From Acidobacteriota bacterium (lineage in GTDB: Bacteria; Acidobacteriota; UBA6911; RPQK01), in contig RPQK01000002.1 in the NCBI GenBank assembly GCA_003819755.1, positions 1 through 36,387 of the forward strand: a stretch of DNA of 36,387 nt, given 5' to 3'. Below, piece after piece: positions 8,422-16,690 of this stretch. The position numbers and the translations under genes are program-made. The notes beneath the pieces were generated by a model. That model searched no databases. It was not told where the DNA came from and worked only from the letters and a program-made list of their open reading frames with translations. Position 1 is the first letter of the stretch. Each line of letters opens with the position of its first letter.

Positions 8422-9681
8422 ATGAACGCCCTTCGTATCATCATCATCATCGCCTGGCGGAATCTCTGGAGGAATCCGCGCAGGACCGTCCTGACTGCGG
8501 GGACAGTGTCACTTGGCCTGGGCTTGCTGCTCGTCTTCCTTGGTATCGGGGATGGGAGTCACCGTCAGATGATCCAGGGAGCCGTCCGGCTGGGTGGGGC
8601 GCACGTAGCCGTGCAGGCCGTGGGATACCAGGAGCGTGGGGGCATTGAGCGAACCCTCTCAGCGGAACAGATCGCCCGGGTCTCTTCATGGGCCCAGTCA
8701 AACCGCAAGCAGCTGGGCATCACCCAGGTGCTGTCGCGGGTCTTTGCTTCCGGGCTCGTCTCTTCGGCCGACGGTGCCACCGGGGTGCGGGTTATCGGGC
8801 TGGAACCCGCCAAGGAGAAAGGGGTGTCGTCCTTTCACGAGAAGCTGATCCGAGGAGACTTCCTGATATCGACACGGGACAACACGGCAGTCATCGGCGA
8901 AGGTGTGGCACGTAAGCTGAAGCTTGAGCCTGGTGAAAAATTCGTCCTGATGGTCCAGGCGGCCCATTCTCCCGAGATCCAATCGCTTCTGCTGCGGGTG
9001 GCGGGAGTTATGCGGACCGGGCTGGAGGATTTCGATCAGGCGACCATCCTCATTCCCTTGCCCACGGCGCAACAACTGCTCAAGCTCGGAGACGAGGTAC
9101 ACCAGACGGCCATCGTGCTCGACCAACTCGAGCACTCGCAAGAGGCCGCCGAAGACGGCAAGCGGAGGCTGGGTCCAGAGGTCGAAGTCCTGAGCTGGCT
9201 CGATCTGATGCCGGAGCTTCGCGATTTCATAAAGATCGACGATGGCGGCAGCTATGTGTTCAACAGCCTTTTCTTCATGATCATCGCTTTCCTGGTCGCC
9301 AATACCCTGCTGATGTCGGTGCTCGAACGGCGCAGGGAATTCGCATTGCTCGATGCCCTCGGATTCACCCCCGTGCGCCGGTTCTTGCTCGTGATCCTCG
9401 AAGCTGTCTGGATTGCGCTTCTTTCCGTCGCGGCAGGCACCGGACTTGGTTATGCCGGGCATCTTTATTTTTACCACCGGGGACTCCCCCTCTCGCTGTT
9501 TTACAGCTCAGAGGTATCGGCCGGCGGTGCTCTCATCGACCCGGTCATTTACTCACATCTGACTTGGACGCGCATTTTCGGAGCGGCGCAACTGGTTTTC
9601 GCTCTGACTTTCCTCCTGGCGCTCCTTCCCGCCTGGCGCGGTGCAAAGGGGCAGGACGCTCATTTACTTGGTCAGGCATGA
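8422..9681 (+). CDS. ABC transporter permease, FtsX/MacB-type (second paralog)
   Basis: The ATG at 8422 gives MNALRIIIIIAWRNLWRNPRRT, parallel to the N-terminus of the first permease. The 53-codon upstream extension in the ORF track is only the octamer array read in frame. The C-terminus is FtsX-like. Confidence 0.88.
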   Translation: MNALRIIIIIAWRNLWRNPRRTVLTAGTVSLGLGLLLVFLGIGDGSHRQMIQGAVRLGGAHVAVQAVGYQERGGIERTLSAEQIARVSSWAQSNRKQLGITQVLSRVFASGLVSSADGATGVRVIGLEPAKEKGVSSFHEKLIRGDFLISTRDNTAVIGEGVARKLKLEPGEKFVLMVQAAHSPEIQSLLLRVAGVMRTGLEDFDQATILIPLPTAQQLLKLGDEVHQTAIVLDQLEHSQEAAEDGKRRLGPEVEVLSWLDLMPELRDFIKIDDGGSYVFNSLFFMIIAFLVANTLLMSVLERRREFALLDALGFTPVRRFLLVILEAVWIALLSVAAGTGLGYAGHLYFYHRGLPLSLFYSSEVSAGGALIDPVIYSHLTWTRIFGAAQLVFALTFLLALLPAWRGAKGQDAHLLGQA

Positions 9682-10397
9682 GCAATAGCAAAACAACAGG
9701 CAGTCTGTTACGACTGGAAGGCGTTTCGAGGCAGTACACCCAGGGTGAGGAGACGGTTCACGCGCTCCGGGATGTGACCTTCGAGGCAGACGGGGGCGAA
9801 TTTATCGCGATCGCCGGTCCCTCGGGATCGGGGAAGACGACGCTCTTGAATCTGTGCGCGGGATTGGACCGTCCCACCGCAGGGAAGGTCTGGCTGGGCA
9901 ACCGGGATTTGTCCGAGCTGAACCGCCATCAACTGGCACGCCTGCGGTTGGAGGAAGTAGGTTTCATCTTTCAGGCTTTCAACCTGATACCCGTACTGTC
10001 GGCCGAGGAGAACGCGGAATTCATCCTGCTGCTTCGCGGCATGGCGGGCGAGACGCGCCGAGCCAAGATTCGAGCTCTCTTAAAAGAGGTGGGGCTGGAG
10101 GGCCTCGAATCGCGGCGCCCCGGTCAGCTTTCCGGTGGACAGCAGCAACGCGTCGCAGTCGCACGGGCCATCGCGGCCGAGCCAAAACTGGTGCTGGCCG
10201 ACGAACCGACGGCGAACCTCGACACCGAAACCGCGTTCTCGCTTCTGAACCTGATGGACCGGCTGAACCGGGAACACGGAACGACGTTCCTCTTTTCGAC
10301 CCACGACCCCCGGGTGATGCAGCGAGCCCACCGCATCATCCATCTCCTGGATGGACGGATCGAGAGCGATGAGCGAGTTGCTGTCGAACAGGCGTGA
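9678..10397 (+). CDS. ABC transporter ATP-binding protein (LolD/MacB-ATPase-like)
   Basis: The start forms an ATGA overlap with the permease stop. Has Walker A GPSGSGKTT, signature LSGGQQQRVAVARA and Walker B LVLADEPT. 239 aa. Confidence 0.95.
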   Translation: MSNSKTTGSLLRLEGVSRQYTQGEETVHALRDVTFEADGGEFIAIAGPSGSGKTTLLNLCAGLDRPTAGKVWLGNRDLSELNRHQLARLRLEEVGFIFQAFNLIPVLSAEENAEFILLLRGMAGETRRAKIRALLKEVGLEGLESRRPGQLSGGQQQRVAVARAIAAEPKLVLADEPTANLDTETAFSLLNLMDRLNREHGTTFLFSTHDPRVMQRAHRIIHLLDGRIESDERVAVEQA

Positions 10398-11664
10398 GTC
10401 TTCTTTGAGGCCAGCGGCAGATACTGAGATCTGTGCGCGTTTTTCCACCCCGAAGGGGGCGCGACCCCTTTGGGGTGGAAGAACAACTCCCCTGCTCGCC
10501 CTCCTTGTGACTTCGCTCTTCGTCCCCTCCACCTGCCTCGCCCAGGACTTCAAGCTCGGCGCCTCTGTCCGCGGGTTCGGCTTCTACTCCCTCGAAGAGA
10601 GCCTTTTCCAGAAACGTCGGGACTCGGAGTTCTTCATCTTCCGTCTCGTCCCGGAAGTCTCTTTCGGTTCAAAGGTCAAAATTGAGACTCACTTCGTAAC
10701 CGATTTGGTCTCTCCGCCGGCAACCCCTGCCGCGGCCATAGCCACCGGGGCGAGCCGCACCTATCTGAATCTGGACCGAAGCCTGGTTAATCGCGAGGAA
10801 CTGACTATTAACCTGGGGTTTGACCGCCTGAACATCCAGATTCACACGGGCGCTTTTGACCTGGTCGTCGGGCGGCAGGCCATCACTTGGGGCGTCAACT
10901 ACTTTTGGCCGGCCCTGGACCTGTTTGCACCGTTCGCCCCTGGCCGTATCGATCGGGACTATAAGCCAGGCGTAGACGCCGCCCGGCTGATCGTACCGCT
11001 CGGGGCGTACTCGGAAGCACAGGTGGTCGGCGCCATACTGGGCCCTGACGGATCAAAGGACGCGGCCGTAGGAGGATTGGTCCGTTGGAACGTGCATACA
11101 GTCGATTTCGGGTTCATGGGAGGACAGTTCCACGAAGACAAGGTGGCAGGTGCGTTTCTTTCGGCCAACATCGCCGGTACCGGGGTCCGGGGTGAGATCT
11201 CATGGACTCAGTCCGGCGACCCCGGGGACCGGGCGATCGACCGGGGAGTATTCTGGCGGGGATCGGTGGGAATCGACCGCCAACTGACACCCACAGTGAC
11301 GCTCATTTTCGAAACGGCGTGGAATCAGTATGGCGCCGCCAATGCCGAGGAGTACCTGCTGTTCCTCAACTCCGACCGGTTGAGACGAGGCGAGATAAAC
11401 GCGCTGGGCCGCCACCATTCGGGAACGTCCTTGACGTGGCGTTTTCATCCGCTCTGGGCTTTCAGCAGCACCGCCCTGATCGGGTGGGACGATCCGTCAG
11501 CGATGTGGATACCATCGTTCGTTTGGTCTACCGGTAACAACTCGGAGCTGCTGATGGGGGGACAATTCGGCTTGGGGAAAGAGCCGACGCCGATCGGGTT
11601 CCCGCAAAGCGAGTACGGCAGCTCGCCCCACACGGTGTTCGCGGCATTTAAGACGTACTTCTAA
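10369..11664 (+). CDS. Predicted outer-membrane beta-barrel (porin-like) protein; start uncertain
   Basis: Has a signal-like LLALLVTSLFVPSTCLA/QD, alternating beta-strand pattern, a VVGRQAITWG motif like those in porin/alginate-export-like barrels, and a C-terminal aromatic ...AAFKTYF. The ATG at 10369 overlaps the ATPase gene by 29 nt. A TTG at 10405 or another non-ATG start is possible. Confidence 0.65.
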   Translation: MSELLSNRRESSLRPAADTEICARFSTPKGARPLWGGRTTPLLALLVTSLFVPSTCLAQDFKLGASVRGFGFYSLEESLFQKRRDSEFFIFRLVPEVSFGSKVKIETHFVTDLVSPPATPAAAIATGASRTYLNLDRSLVNREELTINLGFDRLNIQIHTGAFDLVVGRQAITWGVNYFWPALDLFAPFAPGRIDRDYKPGVDAARLIVPLGAYSEAQVVGAILGPDGSKDAAVGGLVRWNVHTVDFGFMGGQFHEDKVAGAFLSANIAGTGVRGEISWTQSGDPGDRAIDRGVFWRGSVGIDRQLTPTVTLIFETAWNQYGAANAEEYLLFLNSDRLRRGEINALGRHHSGTSLTWRFHPLWAFSSTALIGWDDPSAMWIPSFVWSTGNNSELLMGGQFGLGKEPTPIGFPQSEYGSSPHTVFAAFKTYF

Positions 11665-11750
11665 AGGACCTCAAGGACTCCAAGGACTCCAAAGACAAGA
11701 GACGGCTTCCTTGAGGTCCTTGGGGGTCCTTGGGGTCTTTGAGATCTTTT
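11663..11750. repeat. Hairpin built from 9-nt tandem units (AAGGACTCC / CCTTGGGGT), same unit family as 6056-6139
   Basis: AAGGACCTCAAGGACTCCAAGGACTCCAAAGAC ... GTCCTTGGGGGTCCTTGGGGTCTTTGAGATCTTTT. The arms pair with mostly transition (G-U compatible) mismatches. It begins at the barrel gene stop, is followed by TTTT, and lies between convergent genes. Confidence 0.85.
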
Positions 11751-11906
11751 CTCCTGGAACCCTTATCACTCCCCCGAACGACAGCCGGTGATCAGTGCGG
11801 TTTTCCCGCTCCAGGTCGACGATGATCGCGTCCCACTGGAGGGCGCGGATGGCGAAACCGGAAGCCAGCCGGACATCACGTGCCGGAGGGGTTTGGGAGT
11901 AGGGGG

Positions 11907-13214
11907 CTATTCTCCTAACCGGAATCTGACTTCGACCGTGATAGTGATTTCGCCCGGCTTTCCGTCAATCTTCGGCTTGTCGAACTTCCAGCGTCGAAAC
12001 ACTTCAGCGGTCGGTTGGGCCAGTTTGGGGTGCCCCGAAACCGTGCGCACGTCTTTAACACTTCCGTCCTCCGCCACAAGCAACTCGAGAAAAATCTTTC
12101 CCTCAACCCTCGCCTGTTTGGCTTCCTCGGGGTAAGCCGGCTCAATCACCTTCTGGACGCCCACCGGGACGTTCGTGTTGATTTCGTATTCAACCGCCTG
12201 TTTTCGCGCTCTTACTCCCGCTCCGATCGCGAATTGAAGGCCCTCGACTCCCGCTCGTTGGAACATTCCCACTATGTCATGGCCGAAAGGAGACAGTTCC
12301 TCGTAATCGTGGTCGATTTTCAGCCTTGCCAGCTGCTGGTTAAACTCGCGCGCGCTCGACACAAATCGATCCTGAGAACCGCAGATGATACGAATCGCGA
12401 GACGATCACGGATCTGGTCGGCGTTCTTGTCCAGCAGTCCCTGGGGGCTCTCCGCTACGAAACTCGCCTTATCGCCTCGGGTCATCTTAATCACGTTGGG
12501 TTCGTTGGCCACGACACCATCGGGCGGGAAGATTCCCGCATAGGAAACGACCGAGGAGAAAAGGTCAGGATACTTGAAGGCCAGCCTGAGGCAGCCGAAC
12601 CCGCCCATCGACATGCCCGCGATGTGCCGGCCGCTCCGAGTCGGAATGGTGCGATACTTCCCGTCAATGTGCGGTATCAGCTCTTTGATGACGAGGGTCT
12701 CGGCAGGATAGCGTCCATCCGGCGAATCCAGGTAGAAGGCCTGGCCAAGACCATTGGCAAAGACGATGATCAGCGGTTCCAGCTGGCGGCTCAGGATTGC
12801 GTCATGCGCAAAAACGGCCTGAGAGATGTTTGTGTATTCGTTGTTGTTCCGGCCGTGAAGCCAGTAAACAACTGGGAACCGTTTGGAAGGGTCGGCATCG
12901 TAGCCGGGCGGAAGGAAGATGTTGTAGCCGACATCGAGGCCCAAGGCTTGGCTTCGGAATAGGCCACGGCTGACGATCGGCTTCCCATCAACGACAGGGA
13001 AAGGACGAACCTCAAGCCAGGAAGGGGGTCTGGCAGCTGGATCGACAGTCTCTTCAGCCGGAAACGGGACAACGGGCGCGTAGCCGGTGCGCCTCGCAAC
13101 CTCGACGACTTTCGGATCCGGGGTGATCTGCTTCGGCGCGTCGGCCGCAAAAACTGACAGCACCGCAAAGGCACACCAAAATAAACGGGCAATACCGCCT
13201 CTGAAAGAAAGCAT
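11907..13214 (-). CDS. Secreted alpha/beta-hydrolase (putative-esterase family) fused to a C-terminal TonB_C-like domain
   Basis: The ATG at 13214 gives the signal peptide MLSFRGGIARLFWCAFAVLSVFAADA. The esterase core has the nucleophile elbow GMSMGG. The last ~80 aa (VIEPAYPEEAKQARVEGKIFLELLVAEDGSVKDVRTVSGHPKLAQPTAEVFRRWKFDKP) look like a TonB C-terminal domain. Confidence 0.75.
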   Translation of the reverse strand: MLSFRGGIARLFWCAFAVLSVFAADAPKQITPDPKVVEVARRTGYAPVVPFPAEETVDPAARPPSWLEVRPFPVVDGKPIVSRGLFRSQALGLDVGYNIFLPPGYDADPSKRFPVVYWLHGRNNNEYTNISQAVFAHDAILSRQLEPLIIVFANGLGQAFYLDSPDGRYPAETLVIKELIPHIDGKYRTIPTRSGRHIAGMSMGGFGCLRLAFKYPDLFSSVVSYAGIFPPDGVVANEPNVIKMTRGDKASFVAESPQGLLDKNADQIRDRLAIRIICGSQDRFVSSAREFNQQLARLKIDHDYEELSPFGHDIVGMFQRAGVEGLQFAIGAGVRARKQAVEYEINTNVPVGVQKVIEPAYPEEAKQARVEGKIFLELLVAEDGSVKDVRTVSGHPKLAQPTAEVFRRWKFDKPKIDGKPGEITITVEVRFRLGE

Positions 13215-13322
13215 AGGCGGCCATTGTTCACAGATGGGTCGGGAGATACAACTGAAAAGGCGAGGTATCCCAGAGCCGCGTACGCGCAAAGCGAAGCGGC
13301 TCTGGGGAAGGTGCGGAGCATC

Positions 13323-13616
13323 TTACCAGCGGTTTCGACCGCCGCCACCGCCGCCGCCGTTGCGATTCTCGCGCGGGCGCGCTTCGCTTACGGTCAGGCT
13401 ACGGCCGTCGAATTCCGTGCCGTTGAGTTGCTGAATCGCCTTTTCGCCTTCTTCTCGCGTCGACATCTCGACGAAGCCGAAGCCTCTTGAGCGTCCGGTG
13501 TCACGATCGGTCACAAGCGAAGCCGATTCGACCCGGCCCGCCTGCGCGAAGAGATCCTCGAGGTTCGAGCTGGAGGTCTGATACGAAAGGTTGCCGACAT
13601 ACAGTTTCATGGACAT
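13323..13616 (-). CDS. RRM-type RNA-binding protein with a Gly-rich tail
   Basis: KLYVGNLSY (RNP2) and RGFGFVEM (RNP1) motifs, with tail NRNGGGGGGGRNRW. The start at 13616 sits 8 nt downstream of GAAGGA. An ATG two codons downstream (13610) is the alternative. Confidence 0.9.
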   Translation of the reverse strand: MSMKLYVGNLSYQTSSSNLEDLFAQAGRVESASLVTDRDTGRSRGFGFVEMSTREEGEKAIQQLNGTEFDGRSLTVSEARPRENRNGGGGGGGRNRW

Positions 13617-13867
13617 TGACAGTTTCCTTCTCCAAACAGGAGACAAAGGGAAGCTTGAACAGGATCTGCTTCGAACATTGGCGGGAAGAGATACATTGAC
13701 GAGCTTCGAGTTTTAGTTTTCCGGCTACTCTCTTTCTCTAACCCAAACGCGCCCGCCAATTGCAGCGTTGCGGGGAAACAAGCGAGAGCAAATCAGTCCT
13801 CAGTGTAACACGGAACTTCCTGATGTCTAGAGGCAGCTCGAAACAGGCGCCGGTTTTGGGGGATCTT

Positions 13868-15328
13868 CTATTCGAGTTCGAGGCGGACGACGTCCGGGTT
13901 CCGTGCCGTTTGGCCGAGGTCTTCGAAGTACACCTTGATTTCCGGGCACGGCCCGAAGACTCGGAACAAATTCCCGCCATCCGAGTACCAGACAAAGTCG
14001 GGATTGCCCGTCCGGGCAATCAGGATATGCCCGGACTCACAAAATCGCTGGGACCGGGCCGCATCGGTGAACCGTTCGAGCAGCTGTTTGGAAGTCCGAG
14101 CCGAGGTTACCGGCCAGGAGATATGACGGTTGTTCGCAATGCCAACCCCGGTGCTAAACATGTAGGCAAGAACGATGCTTGGCACGATGAACTTCCAGCG
14201 CGTTTCGAGAATCCGCCTGACGAAGACTCCAAAAAGGAGCGAGAGGCCGAACACCGAGAAATACAGGTTGTGCTGCATGACTTTGCCTGCCAGAGGCAGG
14301 ACGGGAGCCAGTGCCAGCAGGAAGGAGGCCAGCCCCAGAATGACGAACCGGTCCCTTCTTCTCAGGCCTGACACAACGGCCGCGCACAAGGCCAGTGCGA
14401 TCGGCAACATAAACACGGTGGCTGCCAGGGTGGGCAACGGGTAGGGGACTCCGATCTTCGGCATGGATGCAGACCGGACCAGGCCCGGCAACATCAAGTC
14501 GGCCAGGCCGCTTCCCTGGGGAAGGTTCACAGCCCACCAAAAGTACTTCACTTTCGGGATGAGCGAACCGACAGCCAATGAAGCGCGGTAAGGGTGGTTC
14601 GTATCGTCCGGATAGAGGTTCCCGCGGAGGTAGAACATGAACGCCGTGAACAGAACGCTGACGGCCAAGAAGGGAAGGACTGGCTTCAACAGGGCTGTCC
14701 ATCGCCTTTCCCCGCCTGGCCGGCCCGCCCGGAACCACTCATAACACAGCAGCACCGCCGGGAACACAACCACGGTTTCCTTGTTTCCCAGCCCGAGGAC
14801 AAAGAGAACGAGTGCGGAGATCCAGCCTCCCGCACCGCGTCTTTTCATGTACACGAGGAAAGCGCTGAGAAAGAAAAAACATCCGGCGAAATCGGGAAGG
14901 AAAGTGATTCCAAAGGTGATGAAGAAATTGCACCGATGAAGAGCGAAGAAAAACGCCGCGCTAAGAGCCACCGTTGAATCGGCATGCAACTCCCGGGCGA
15001 TCCGGTAGACTAGAAAAATATTGGCAGCATGAAAGAGCAGAGGGATCAGGTGATACCCGGCCGTGCCTGAACCAAGCAGGGGGTGGAAAACAAAGGAAAA
15101 CAGGACCAGGCCAAGGGGCCGATATTGACCTCGGTCATCCAGGCTGAAAAAGGCCGATGCCAGGTCCGAGAGTGAATCGAGACGGCGACCGAAATAGTAG
15201 ATAGCGTCGGGGCTGAAGAACTCCGAGAAGTTCCAGGTAAAGAAGCCGAACGTCGAGAAGACGATAACAACAAGAACTTTATTTGTGATTCCCCCCACTC
15301 TCCGCCTCGCCACCGTGGAGAGTAGCAC
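13868..15328 (-). CDS. Polytopic membrane protein, GT-C-type glycosyltransferase-like (PMT/ArnT-like)
   Basis: 486 aa with more than 10 hydrophobic helices. The N-terminal loop with DDRGQYRPLG and the helix pattern resemble ArnT/PMT_2-type enzymes. The family assignment is by eye only. Confidence 0.55.
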   Translation of the reverse strand: MLLSTVARRRVGGITNKVLVVIVFSTFGFFTWNFSEFFSPDAIYYFGRRLDSLSDLASAFFSLDDRGQYRPLGLVLFSFVFHPLLGSGTAGYHLIPLLFHAANIFLVYRIARELHADSTVALSAAFFFALHRCNFFITFGITFLPDFAGCFFFLSAFLVYMKRRGAGGWISALVLFVLGLGNKETVVVFPAVLLCYEWFRAGRPGGERRWTALLKPVLPFLAVSVLFTAFMFYLRGNLYPDDTNHPYRASLAVGSLIPKVKYFWWAVNLPQGSGLADLMLPGLVRSASMPKIGVPYPLPTLAATVFMLPIALALCAAVVSGLRRRDRFVILGLASFLLALAPVLPLAGKVMQHNLYFSVFGLSLLFGVFVRRILETRWKFIVPSIVLAYMFSTGVGIANNRHISWPVTSARTSKQLLERFTDAARSQRFCESGHILIARTGNPDFVWYSDGGNLFRVFGPCPEIKVYFEDLGQTARNPDVVRLELE

Positions 15329-15393
15329 CAGGGATCACAGGCGGCAAGGAAGAATTCTTCAGCAGGAATCTTACGTAGGGTCTTTTACACGGG

Positions 15394-15831
15394 CTAAGAG
15401 TCTGCCCACTCGATCTCGTCACCGACTCTGATCGGGCCGCCGGTCAATACCTCTCCGTAGGCGCCGCCGTTCCACGGAGCCGACATGCTGGCCCTCAGGC
15501 CCGGCAAGGCTTCTTCCATCCTTTCGCAGGGCTTGGTCTCGCCACAGATTCGAACCGTGCACGCGCCGATCTGAAGAGTCTTTCCTCGGCTGTCAATCAG
15601 GTTAATTCCTTCGACCAGGAGATTAGCCCGGCGAGTGGAAGGATCAAGGTCGGACCGTAGCTCCGCCATCATTTTCGCCCACCGCTCCGACTCCAGGATG
15701 GTGACTTGTCGCCGGCCCCCTTGATCCGCACTATCTTCTAGACCCGCGCCGGCGACGAGGAGGCCCGATTCGTGCGGGTCCATCGGCCCGCGGTGAGCCC
15801 GTTTCACCCAGATCCTGATCAATTTGCCCAT
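15394..15831 (-). CDS. MOSC domain-containing protein
   Basis: 145 aa from the ATG at 15831 (MGKLIRIWVKRAHRGPM...). The segment QIGACTVRICGETKPCERMEEALPG contains the conserved MOSC Cys context. Confidence 0.8.
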   Translation of the reverse strand: MGKLIRIWVKRAHRGPMDPHESGLLVAGAGLEDSADQGGRRQVTILESERWAKMMAELRSDLDPSTRRANLLVEGINLIDSRGKTLQIGACTVRICGETKPCERMEEALPGLRASMSAPWNGGAYGEVLTGGPIRVGDEIEWADS

Positions 15832-16062
15832 CCGAAAAGTATACGTCATGGAGAAAACCGAAGTTGCCGGCAACCGTGGGTCCCATCTCCAGATTGGGAC
15901 CGTGCAGTCGCACCTAATGCTCCAGACTTCCCTCTCTTGGATCTCCGGTTGGCGTGCAGGCTTTAATCGCACGGTCCCATCGGGAGATGGGACGCACGGT
16001 TAGCGGCAACTTCGATTTTCTCACACCTCCCGACCGAGGCGGCCGGGGTCAAACTGGTAGCG

Positions 16063-16554
16063 TCACCGCACGGCCAATCCAACCCGAAAAACCAGGATGT
16101 GAGAGTCGTTGGCGTTGTGGTAGTGATCCCTGACCTCCAGCCGCAGTCCGTATTTCGGCTTTAGCCAGTGCATTACACCGCCGCCGAAGTGAGCCAGACC
16201 TGCCGCTTCGCTTCGGAATGCGAGCGCATACCCCCCGGTCACGAATGGGACTGTCCTTCCCTCGTGCCCGAACTGGTAAATCGCACTGGGGGCGAGAGTG
16301 AAGAAGCCATAGCTTGGCCCGTCGAGCGGAAAGAGATACGAAGCTTCGATACCGACTCCCAAGCCTTTGTAGAAGGTCCCCTCTGCCCCGCCCCCAGTCT
16401 GCATGATGCCTTCGGTCCAGCTCCGGCTCGCTTGCACCCCGGGACCGAAAAAGAAGTATCCGTCACCGGTGCCTTGGCGGCCGTCCGCTTGCGCGAGCGC
16501 CCATGTTGAAGCCACCAACGAAAGAGCCGCGATCTGTAGAATGGTCTTGACCAT
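16063..16554 (-). CDS. Small outer-membrane beta-barrel protein
   Basis: The ATG at 16554 is preceded by AAGGGGGA. Signal peptide MVKTILQIAALSLVASTWALAQA, with a Gly/aromatic-rich alternating pattern. 163 aa. Confidence 0.65.
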   Translation of the reverse strand: MVKTILQIAALSLVASTWALAQADGRQGTGDGYFFFGPGVQASRSWTEGIMQTGGGAEGTFYKGLGVGIEASYLFPLDGPSYGFFTLAPSAIYQFGHEGRTVPFVTGGYALAFRSEAAGLAHFGGGVMHWLKPKYGLRLEVRDHYHNANDSHILVFRVGLAVR

Positions 16555-16690
16555 GATGTTTTCCCCCTTCGCGGGAACCGGTTGCAAGCGGCGTGCCTGG
16601 ACAAAGGCCGTAAGTGACGGCTGACAAAGGGGAAAGTGCATCAGGATCGGGCACATACTGCCCACACAGGCTGCGCGTCGAGCCGCCCGG

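Noticed and set aside
10445-10478. Hairpin CCACCCCGAAGGGG-GCGCGA-CCCCTTTGGGGTGG as a terminator after the ATPase gene
   Set aside because: The T-run precedes the stem rather than following it, and the hairpin lies inside the most likely N-terminal region of the barrel ORF. It is noted only as a reason for the uncertainty in that gene's start.
15974-15993. 8-bp hairpin GTCCCATC-GGGA-GATGGGAC downstream of the small OM barrel gene
   Set aside because: It is short with no U-tract on the relevant strand, so it could arise by chance.
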